A DNA stretch of 64,000 nt from positions 2,480,001 to 2,544,000 of the forward strand of contig NC_047079.1 in assembly GCF_902459465.1 (NCBI RefSeq), given 5' to 3'. The notes beneath the pieces are model-generated. The model did not search any database, had not been told where the DNA came from, and worked only from the letters and a program-made list of their open reading frames with translations. The position numbers and the translations under genes were made by a program. Positions 11,901-23,500 of this stretch are shown here, in pieces (position 1 is the first letter of the stretch; each line of letters starts with the position of its first letter). The DNA is from Asterias rubens. Its lineage: Eukaryota.

Positions 11901-13537
11901 GACCTCAGATTTAGAATTCGAGGTCTCGGTATCAAGCATCTGAAAGCACACAACTTCGTTTGACAATGGTGTTTTTTCTTTCATTAATATCTCGCATCTT
12001 CGACGACCGATTGAGCTTAAATTTTCACAGGTTTGTTATTTAAAGTATATGTTGAGATACACCAACTATGAAGACTAGTATTTGACAATTACCAATAGTG
12101 GCCAGTGTCTTTAACGGCTCTCCGTTGCTCGTTTAGTTGTTATGCTACGATTAAATACCAATAGTGTCCACAGTGCCTTTAAGCACAACCATGACAAACT
12201 ATATAAATTGTACTATTTAAATTAAGATTACAAGCAGACAAATTTTTCTCGATTGTTCATCCGCAAGGTGAGCAGCAACTCATGGCACTGGAATAATCTG
12301 ATGCGCACGTTTGGCAGGTATAATTCGTGAAGTTTTTAGTCCTCCTTAAAATGTTTATGATCAAAATTTGACAGCCAGCCAAACTCCAGTAAGCGAAAGC
12401 AGTTTCGTAGCAATATTTCTGTCCTTGTTTTAAGGTTTCCATAATAAATCCGTCACTGACATTCAGGCACAAGGTTAAGACACCATGATCAATGTTGTCT
12501 TTATGTTGCAGCGGACGACGCCCTCCCATCTAAGGTTCTACGACAGGTTGTTGTAACGGCCGTTAGAAGAAAGCATTGTAAGAATGTTTATACGCCCATT
12601 GGTGCTCCGGTTTCCGGTAACATGTTCTGTGCTGCAGCGCCAGGTAAAGACAGCTGCGCGGTAAGTACTGTCAAATGGTGTATTATACAACTAAAACCTT
12701 TTCACACGAGAGCAATTTAGCAAGGGTCCCTCAATTTTCTCGTATAAAAGGGGAACAAATTGTAGTCACCAAGGTCCCTTGAAATCTTGACCAACAATGC
12801 CACATTTATTTTTGCCGACAAAAAACTTCCTCAAGCCAAAGTTTTGATCAAGGACGTCCGCGAAATCATCGTGTGAATATGGAGTATAAAATGTCGGGAG
12901 CCACTTGGCCATTTTTGTTTTGCTCTTATTCAATTGCTTAATTGGGGGCGGACTTTTCTTCTTTTCAAATCTTAAGGTGGGGCGAACACAATTCAATTTA
13001 ATTCAATTAATCTTTATATTAAGATCCCAAAAAGGATAATTCAAATTAATGCTCGCATACAGTAAAAAAGTTGACACATTTAAAACAAAACAGTTCTTTA
13101 TAAGGGCTGTCTACAATACACCCCACCCCAGGTATAAACGGGTCTGGTTTTATTTCCTAATAATGTTAGTTCATGGATGCATTGTCTGGAAAGTTTTGAC
13201 TTTCAAAATGACACTGAAGTAACTAATATTCTTATTTATTAATACAAACAAAATGACCAGCATGCAACAGTAGCTGAAAGGGTCACTTAAACAGTTGTAA
13301 AAGCTACTGTTTAAATAATTGAATAAGTTTCTTGTGTTTTGTTTGCAGCATGATAGCGGTGGCCCTGCCGTCATTGGTTATAACGAGAATATGCACGTGA
13401 ATGGAGTGACCTTAGCAGGGATCGTAAGCTGGGGCTTTGGATGTGCAGACCCCGTCTACCCAGGCGTCTACACCCGCATATCAAAGTACTGTGATTGGAT
13501 AAGTAACATGTCGGAAGGTGACGTCTCTTGCTCTTAA
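8963..13537 (+). CDS. Secreted trypsin-like (S1A) serine protease B, 5 exons (8963-9005, 10059-10236, 11173-11435, 12512-12660, 13349-13537), 273 aa
   Basis: All introns are GT-AG, phases match and the total is 822 nt. It has a signal peptide, IVGG, LSAAHC (His57), DIALIKL (Asp102), GKDSCA|HDSGGP (Asp189, Ser195), SWGFGC and YPGVYT. Confidence 0.93.
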
Positions 13538-13657
13538 ACCTATCTCCTTTTTCTTCAATAAGTCATCCGGGTTCCTTTTTGAAGACGACTTTGACTTTAG
13601 GTACCTCCAGTAAAAGCGTGTGCTTTTGTCAGACGGAGCCTAGCCCGGAGTCGACGC

Positions 13658-14022
13658 TTAAAGGCAGTGGACACTATTGGTAATTACTCAAAATAATTGT
13701 TAGCATAAAACCTTACTTGAGTAATGGGGAGAAATGGATAGTATAAAACAATGTGAGGAACGGCTCCCTCTGAAGTAACGTAGTTTTTTAAAAAGAAGTA
13801 ATTTGCCTCGAATTTGATTTCGAATTTGAGGTCTCGAAATCTAGAATCTGAAAGCACGCAACTTCCTGTGACAACGGTGTTTTTTCTTTCATTATTGTCT
13901 CATAAATTCGACGACCGATTGAGGGCAAATTTTCACAAGTTTGTTATTTTATGCATATGTTGAGATACACCGAGTGAGAAGACTGCTCTTTGACAATTAC
14001 CGATAGTGTCCGGTGTCTTTAA
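13658..14022. mobile_element. TTAA-flanked MITE family B (TTAAAGGCAGTGGACAC...GTGTCCAGTGTCTTTAA), T2/Kolobok-like; other copies ~6060-6405, 7650-7830, 11728-12114, 33554-33931, 36978-37356, 53724-54104, 54775-55666 (split), 56320-56699, 59986-60272
   Basis: A ~370-bp sequence recurs about ten times with short TIRs and TTAA ends. This copy is absent from the homologous 3' flank of paralog C. Confidence 0.85.
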
Positions 14023-16489
14023 ACCGTGATTTGGAAAATGAACAAGGAATCGCGTGTAATTTTACTGGAACTGCGTTTTGTTATGCGCTCTCGAACAGGC
14101 TGGTCCTGGAGAGAGCACAATATAAGTTCAACAAATTATCATAATAATTTATGGGTAAAAGACAAAATTAACAATCTGATCAGTTAAATTGACTATATTG
14201 GTTAATCACTGGTCAAAGACCAAAACTGTCACATTACGACCGCCAAAACGCACCCAGACTGATGGTTACGCTATTAGGTTACAATGAATTAACAGTATCA
14301 TGTCATATAAGTTTAGAGGTATACACCCTACATACAATCAATGGGTTAAAATACTGTATATGGCGCTGTCCGTACACGTCTACTAAGAGTGACGTCACAA
14401 CCACGACCATTTGGACGTGCAAGGGAAATTTAGCCAACGAGCAAAAGCGTTCGCATGACCTTTGTTGCAGGTACTTGTTACTGACAATGAATGAGAAACA
14501 AGTTGTAAATTGTTTGTGATTTTACCATTAAGAATAGACATTCAAAAGAATCGCCACAGTCAGTAAAATGCCCAAATTAGTATGAAGACGGATGAGGTTG
14601 GATACAATTGTTCTGTATACAGTAATATGAATGGGGGACTTTAAGACGCTTGGTGGCAGCAGACTTACCAGGTGAAAACCATTGTTCTTGGTAATGTGTG
14701 CGTCATGGTAGCTTAGTTAAAAAAGCCTTAACATCTGACGGCACACGTCGTGAATAACGCCAGAGAGTGGCCTCTAGCCTAGGACAATCCCGGTCCATTG
14801 GCACCTTTTACGTAGATTCATAAGAAGACGACCGCAAGTGCAGCTGGAAAAATATGTCAACCCGGACCAATACAAAAAAACAGATATGGAGAGATTACGT
14901 CACATGCACGTGTTTATCCAATGAAATCATTGTATCCAATGAAATCACTGGTTCTGAAAAACCTGCATTTCTTTATCCTTATTGCGGATGTGACATCATT
15001 TAATAAATAATGGGTCGTGTAATAGACTTCTGAGGAGTCAGCTATGTTTTAACATCAATCTGAAATAATGAAGACAATCAAAGTACAGTTAGACGGCTGG
15101 CTGTCTTCATTGAAATTATGGAAAAACTTAAACACTTAACAATACATCTTATCAAAGTTACTCAAAGTAAATGACTGTACGAGAGCAAATAAATAATCAA
15201 AACACTTCCTTTAAGAAAACGACTTAAATACGTTAGCGGTTCCCGCCACGGCTTTCTGTGCCGCGCCATCTTGAAATACTATTTACATCGGCAATGATAA
15301 TTATTTACAAAACGAAAACCAAACTAGAGCATAATGGCAGATTCTAAAGACATCAATTTATCAAACTCATGTCTTATGAAAAACCAGCTTAGATAATACA
15401 CTTAAACAACTTTAGAAATAGAAATATATAACACAATAAGGGGAAATTTACCTGCAATAATGAAGAAAATCAAAGTACAGTTAGACGGCTGTCTGTCTTC
15501 ATTGGAATAATGGGAGCACCCGAAAACCTGACGTTGAGGGCGCTCGATTAAAAAAAAATTAGTCAAAGGAGGAAAACAAAGTTGATTAAACCAACAAAAT
15601 AACGGGGGCATGTTTTATACCTGTCACATTGCCCCCTCTGTTGAAAAAATGTCGTCCTCGACATTTCCTTTGGCATCTTCCAAATATACACATTATTTAC
15701 AATAATAGCTTTTATACATTGAAAATTTTTCTGATGCACAAAACTCTTAATGCATTCAACCAAAATACACTTACTCTTTAAATAAACGAACGTGACCGGC
15801 GCCTGGCCTCGACATGTAATCAAAGAGTGAAACAGTATAAAGACAGGGGCCCAGTCTACGTAATGGAAATATACCTTGTAAGTCTGCTGCCACCTAGCGT
15901 TCCAAAGTCTCCCGTTAAATAAACGCAACATTTGTTAAAATATATTTACTGTTAAATTAACGTTACATTACTGTAAATCTTGACTTGAAATAAAATTGTG
16001 AACAGAATTCAACGATCGTCTCCAAGCTGTTGTTGTTGTTGTTGTTTTTGCTTTGTTTTTATAAAGTATTCTTAGACATTTGCTTCAACTCCGGAATCAA
16101 CGATTTCTTATTCAACAATGCTTTAAAATGCCTAGCCTGAACATCTGACGTCACACTTCGAGGCTCGTGAATAACGCCAGAGACTGGCATCAAAAACTGG
16201 CGTGCGGTTTAACATTTAACCTCATTAATTTCACATAGGGTGAGTTTGTTTACCTTCCATGGGTCGACCCCGGTCTGCCCCAGTATGTTCGAATAGCTTT
16301 GACGGGGCTCACCCGGGTCAGCCCCAGTGCCCTGCTTGTGGAGTGGGTCACATGGGGTGACCTGAGGTGCATGTCACCACGAGAGGGCGGGTGTTATCGT
16401 TCCATTAGCTCTTGTCAGGGGCTCACCCGAGTGAGCACTGCGAGGTCGACCTGGTGAAGCTTAGCCTAGTATACTTAGCACTACTTATA

Positions 16490-17100
16490 AATAACACCAC
16501 TGATACTAACACTATAAAAATTACAGTATTTAGCATTCCACTATAATATTTGAGTTCGCCCATTCATCTTATTGACAAATTATTATAGCTTCCAATGGAT
16601 CTGTATACAATAGTATTGTATACAGAATCATATTACATGTATATTATAACCCAGAGTATCAAATACTTATCACTACCTCTAAAAAAACGCCACTGATAAT
16701 GATAATATAAAAACTAAGTATTTACCATTCTATATTCGAGTTTGCCTATTTGTCTTCAACAAATAGCTTCTCTTGAATCCGAGGAAAACATTGTACAGAG
16801 TGTCCAACACTTATTACACGTGTAAATGATACCACTGATATTATTACTATTACAAACTTATAGCCTAGTATTTAGCATTCTTTATTTGAGCTCGCCAATT
16901 CATCGAAATAAACAAATAATATATACCTTCACTTGAATCTGTGCAAAACATAACCAAGAGTGTTCAAGACGTATTACTATTTCTTTATGATACCACTGAC
17001 TAAAAACCATCACTGACTAAAAACCATCGACTTCCAAATTATACCACCAATATCGAAAATAAAAACTATTAGTACTGTTTATTTTGCGCTCACCCATTTA
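16490..17100. repeat. Degenerate tandem repeat (~140-190-bp units) downstream of the NLR stop
   Basis: taccactgat..., agtatttagcattc and atttgagttcgcc recur at ~16495, 16689, 16831 and 16990. Confidence 0.6.
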
Positions 17101-17589
17101 TCTCAATCGAGAAATGATTATAGTTTCATATTACTGACGAATCCCAACCTATTATTATTGACCAACCTCAAACGCGCGTAACTGTCTGTCACACACGTGC
17201 ATGTAGGCCCGAGCGGAGGAGAACCTGAACAACCGATTCTTTGTCACACTTGGCATTAATTTTGGCTTTCAAATTGCACGTATACAGTCTACCAGGTTAC
17301 CATGACTGTTGGTAACTACCTAAACCAATCAAATCTGAAATGTCTTGGCTCGACAAAAGCTCAGTGATACTTGGTGCAGCTTTCTTGCGTTTTCTTCTTT
17401 CTTTCAAATGAATGCAGATTGTGCTTACCGTGTGATTTCAGGTTAATAGCGCTGCTGCTCAAGTGGGCAAAGTCGTGCATTGCAGGCGATAGCAATATTG
17501 AACACATCCGATTCACAATGCGCAAGCTGTGCTCTTAATTTTCCTTGCTCTATGGGAGAGGCTCGCACTTTAGCAAATTGCTTGTTGAA

Positions 17590-20500
17590 CTAAACAGGAA
17601 ACAAATTTAACAATTCAAGCAGCTCTTCGAAAGTGGGTGGTGGTATATAAAGAACGGAACCCCTAATAAGCATATTCAGGAACTCTGCATACGCCTTCAA
17701 GTCTTCATTCTGCAGACCACAATCATACAAACTCAAGAACTTCAACGAAGAAACAGGAGTTATCTGGTTTCCCTTAATACCACGTAGATTATTTCCATTG
17801 AGCCAAACCTTATGTATGCTCCCTGCAGCAGCTACTGTGGTAAGAAGTGGATTCATATCATCACTCTGTAGAGAACACTTCACTAGAAACAGTTGCATCA
17901 AGGAAGAAACAGGAGTTATCTGGTCCGCCTTAAAACCATGGAGATTGTTTTCAATTAGACCAAGTGTCGTTACACTACCTGCAGCAGCCACGATGGAGAA
18001 AACTGGTCCAATATCATCCCTTTGTATTCCACACGAGTGTAGATGCAATTCCTTCAAGGAAGAAACTAGAGTTATCTGGTCCCCTTTAATACCATGGATA
18101 TTGTTATCCTTTAGAGCAAGTGTCGTTACACTACCTGCAGCAGCCACGATGGAGAAAACTGGTTCAATATCATCACTTTGTAAACCACACGTGTATAGGT
18201 GCAATTCCTTCAAGGAAGAAACAGGAGTTATCTGGTCCGCCTTAATACCATGGATATTGTTATCCTTGAGAGCAAGTGTCGTAACATTACCTGCAGCAGC
18301 CACGATGGAGAAAACTGGTTCAATATCATCACTTTGTAAACCACACGAGTATAGATGCAATTCCTTCAAGGAAGAAACAGGAGTTATCTGGTCCGCCTTA
18401 ATACCATGGAGATTGTTTTTCATTAGAAAAAGTGTCATTACACCACCTGCAGCAGCCAAGATGGAGAAAACCGGTCCAATGTCATCGCTCTTGATACTAC
18501 ACGCACAGAGACGTAAATCCGTCAAGGAAGAAACAGGAGTTATCTGGTCCCCCTTAATACCATGGAGATCGTTATCCTCTAGAAGAAGTGTCGTTACACT
18601 ACCTGCAGCAGCCACGATGGTGAAAACCGTTTCAATATCATCACTTTGTAAACCACACGAGTGTAGATACAATTCCTTTAAGGAAGAAACAGAAGTTATC
18701 TGGTCCGCCTTAATACCATGGAGATTGTTATCCTTTAGAGCAAGTTTCGTTACACTACCTGCAGCAGCCACGATGGAGAAAACTGGTCCAATATCATCCC
18801 TTTGTATTCCACACGAGTATAGATGCAATTCCTTCAAGGAAGAAACTAGAGTTATCTGGTCCGCCTTAATACCATGGAGATCGTTATCCTTTACAACAAG
18901 TGTCGTTACCCTACCTGCAGCAGCCACGATGGAGAAAACTGAACCAATATCATCACTCTTGATACTACACGCACAGAGATGTAATTCCTTCAAGGAAGAA
19001 ACAGGAGTTATCTGGTCCGCCTTAATACCATGGAGATTGTTATCCATTACAAAAAGTGTCGTTACACTACCTGCAGCAGCCACGATGGAGAAAACTGAAC
19101 CAATGTCATCACTCTTGATACTACACGCACAGAGATGCAATTCCTTCAAGGAAGAAACAGGAGTTATCTGATCCCCTTTAATACCATGGATATTGTTATC
19201 CTTTAGAGCAAGTCTCGTTACACTACCTGCAGCAGCCACGATGGAGAAAACTGACCCTATATCATCACTCCGTATACCACACGAGTATAGATGCAATTCC
19301 TTCAAGGAAGAAACAGGAGTTATCTGGTCCGCCTTAATACCATGGAGATTGTTATCCATTACAAAAAGTGTCGTTACACTACCTGCAGCAGCCACGATGG
19401 AGAAAACTGAACCAATATCATCACTCTTGATACTACACGCACAGAGATGTAATTCCTTCAAGGAAGAAACAGGAGTTATCTGGTCCGCCTTAATACCATG
19501 GAGATTGTTATCCTTTACAACAAGTGTCGTTACACTACCTGCAGCAGCCACGATGGAGAAAACTGGTCCAATATCATCACTCTTGATACTACACGCACAG
19601 AGATATAATTCCGTCAAGGAAGAAACAGGAGTTATCTGGTCCGCCTTAATACCACGGAGATCGTTTTCGTTTAGAACAAGTCTCGTTACATTACCTGCAG
19701 CAGCCACGATGGAGAAAACTGGTCCAATATCATCCCTTTGTATTCCACACGAGTGTAGATGCAATTCCTTCAAGGAAGAAACTAGAGTTATCTGGTCCGC
19801 CTTAATACCACGGAGATCGTTTTCGTTTAGAACAAGTCTCGTTACATTACCTGCAGCAGCCACGATGGAGAAAACTGGTCCAATATCATCCCTTTGTATT
19901 CCACACGAGTATAGATGTAATTCCTTCAAGGAAGAAACAGGAGTTATCTGGTCCGCCTTAATACCATGGAGATTGTTATCCTTTACAACAAGTGTCGTTA
20001 CCCTACCTGCAGCAGCCACGATGGAGAAAACTGAACCAATGTCATCACTCTTGATACTACACGCACAGAGATGTAATTCCTTCAAGGAAGAAACAGGAGT
20101 TATCTGGTCCGCCTTAATACCATGGAGATTGTTATCCATTACAAAAAGTGTCGTTACACTACCTGCAGCAGCCACGATGGAGAAAACTGAACCAATATCA
20201 TCACTCTTGATACTACACGCACAGAGATGTAATTCCTTCAAGGAAGAAACAGGAGTTATCTGGTCCGCCTTAATACCATGGAGATTGTTATCCATTACAA
20301 AAAGTGTCGTTACACTACCTGCAGCAGCCACGATGGAGAAAACTGAACCAATATCATCACTCTTGATACTACACGCACAGAGATGTAATTCCTTCAAGGA
20401 AGAAACAGGAGTTATCTGGTCCGCCTTAATACCATGGATATTGTTATCCTTTAGAACAAGTCTCGTTACACTACCTGCAGCAGCCACGATGGAGAAAACT

Positions 20501-23500
20501 GAACCAATATCATCACCCTTGATACTACACGCACAGAGATGTAATTCCTTCAAGGAAGAAACAGGAGTTATCTGGTCCGCCTTAATACCATGGAGATTGT
20601 TATCCATTACAAAAAGTGTCGTTACACTACCTGCAGCAGCCACGATGGAGAAAACTGAACCAATATCATCACTCTTGATACTACACGCACAGAGATGTAA
20701 TTCCTTCAAGGAAGAAACAGGAGTTATCTGGTCCGCCTTAATACCATGGAGATTGTTATCCATTACAAAAAGTGTCGTTACACTACCTGCAGCAGCCACG
20801 ATGGAGAAAACTGAACCAATATCATCACTCTTGATACTACACGCACAGAGATGTAATTCCTTCAAGGAAGAAACAGGAGTTATCTGGTCCGCCTTAATAC
20901 CATGGAGATTGTTATCCTTTACAACAAGTGTCGTTACACTACCTGCAGCAGCCACGATGGAGAAAACTGGTCCAATGTCATCACTCTTGATACTACACGC
21001 ACAGAGATGTAATTCCGTCAAGGAAGAAACAGGAGTTATCTGGTCCGCCTTAATACCACGGAGATCGTTTTCGTTTAGAACAAGTCTCGTTACATTACCT
21101 GCAGCAGCCACGATGGAGAAAACTGGTCCAATATCATCCCTTTGTATTCCACACGAGTATAGATGCAATTCCTTCAAGGAAGAAACTAGAGTTATCTGGT
21201 CCGCCTTAACACCATGGATATTGTTTTCCTTTACAACAAGTGTCGTTACACTACCTGCAGCAGCCACGATGGAGAAAACTGAACCAATATCATCACTCTT
21301 GATACTACACGCACAGAGATGTAATTCCTTCAAGGAAGAAACAGGAGTTATCTGGTCCGCCTTAATACCATGGAGATTGTTATCCATTACAATAAGTGTC
21401 GTTACACTACCTGCAGCAGCCACGATGGAGAAAACTGAACCAATATCATCACTCTTGATACTACACGCACAGAGATGTAATTCCTTCAAGGAAGAAACAG
21501 GAGTTATCTGGTCCGCCTTAATACCACGGAGATCGTTTTCGTTTAGAACAAGTCTCGTTACATTACCTGCAGCAGCCACGATGGAGAAAACTGGTCCAAT
21601 ATCATCACTCTTGATACTACACGCACAGAGATATAATTCCGTCAAGGAAGAAACAGGAGTTATCTGGTCCGCCTTAATACCACGGAGATCGTTTTCGTTT
21701 AGAACAAGTCTCGTTACATTACCTGCAGCAGCCACGATGGAGAAAACTGGTCCAATATCATCCCTTTGTATTCCACACGAGTATAGATGCAATTCCTTCA
21801 AGGAAGAAACAGGAGTTATCTGGTCCGCCTTAACACCATGGATATTGTTATCCATTACAAAAAGTGTCGTTACACTACCTGCAGCAGCCACGATGGAGAA
21901 AACTGAACCAATATCATCACTCTTGATACTACACGCACAGAGATGTAATTCCTTCAAGAAAGAAACAGGAGTTATCTGGTCCGCCTTAATACCATGGAGA
22001 TTGTTATCCTTTACAACAAGTGTCGTTACACTACCTGCAGCAGCCACGATGGAGAAAACTGGTCCAATATCATCACTCTTGATACTACACGCACAGAGAT
22101 ATAATTCCGTCAAGGAAGAAACAGGAGTTATCTGGTCCGCCTTAATACCACGGAGATCGTTTTCGTTTAGAACAAGTCTCGTTACATTACCTGCAGCAGC
22201 CACGATGGAGAAAACTGGTCCAATATCATCCCTTTGTATTCCACACGAGTGTAGATGCAATTCCTTCAAGGAAGAAACTAGAGTTATCTGGTCCGCCTTA
22301 ACACCATGGATATTGTTATCCATTACAAAAAGTGTCGTTACACTACCTGCAGCAGCCACGATGGAGAAAACTGAACCAATATCATCACTCTTGATACTAC
22401 ACGCACAGAGATGTAATTCCTTCAAGGAAGAAACAGGAGTTATCTGGTCCGCCTTAATACCACGGAGATCGTTTTCGTTTAGAACAAGTCTCGTTACATT
22501 ACCTGCAGCAGCCACGATGGAGAAAACTGGTCCAATATCATCACTCTTGATACTACACGCACAGAGATATAATTCCGTCAAGGAAGAAACAGGAGTTATC
22601 TGGTCCGCCTTAATACCACGGAGATCGTTTTCGTTTAGAACAAGTCTCGTTACATTACCTGCAGCAGCCACGATGGAGAAAACTGGTCCAATATCATCCC
22701 TTTGTATTCCACACGAGTATAGATGCAATTCCTTCAAGGAAGAAACTAGAGTTATCTGGTCCGCCTTAATACCATGGAGATCGTTATCCTTTACAACAAG
22801 TGTCGTTACCCTACCTGCAGCAGCCACGATGGAGAAAACTGAACCAATATCATCACTCTTGATACTACACGCACAGAGATGTAATTCCTTCAAGGAAGAA
22901 ACAGGAGTTATCTGGTCCGCCTTAATACCATGGAGATTGTTATCCATTACAAAAAGTGTCGTTACACTACCTGCAGCAGCCACGACGGAGAAAACTGGTC
23001 CAATATCATCACTTTGTATACCACACGAGTATAGATGCAATTCCTTCAAGGAAGAAACTGGAGTTATCTGGTCCGCCTTAATATCATGGAGATCGTTTTC
23101 GTTTAGAACAAGTCTCGTTACACTACCTGCAGCAGCCACGACGGAGAAAACTGGTCCAATATCATCACTCTGTATACCACACGAGTGTAGATGCAATTCC
23201 TTCAAGGAAGAAACAGGAGTTATCTGATCCCCTTTAATACCAGGGAGATCGTTATCATATAGAACAAGTTTCGTTACACTACCTGAAGCAGCCACGACAG
23301 AGAAAACTGGTTCAATATCATCACTTTGTAAACCACACGAGTATAGATGCAATTCCTTCAAGGAAGAAACAGGAGTTATCTGGTCCCCCTTAATACCATG
23401 GAGATCGTTATCCTCTAGAACAAGTTTCGTTACACTACTGGAAGCAGCCACGACGGAGAAAACTGGTCCAATATCATCACTTTGTAAACCACACGTGTTT

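Noticed and set aside
11688-11984. Recurrent short ORFs such as [14 protein letters not shown] / [12 protein letters not shown] (also 33580, 37039, 53740, 59952)
   Set aside because: These are chance frames within MITE family B copies, with no consistent start or stop between copies.
17798-23227. Long plus-strand ORFs (457 and 1344 aa) opposite the LRR array
   Set aside because: These are antisense shadows of a 156-bp in-frame repeat that happens to lack stops. They show no domain signal, and sporadic TGA codons (19169, 23225) arise from synonymous changes on the LRR strand.
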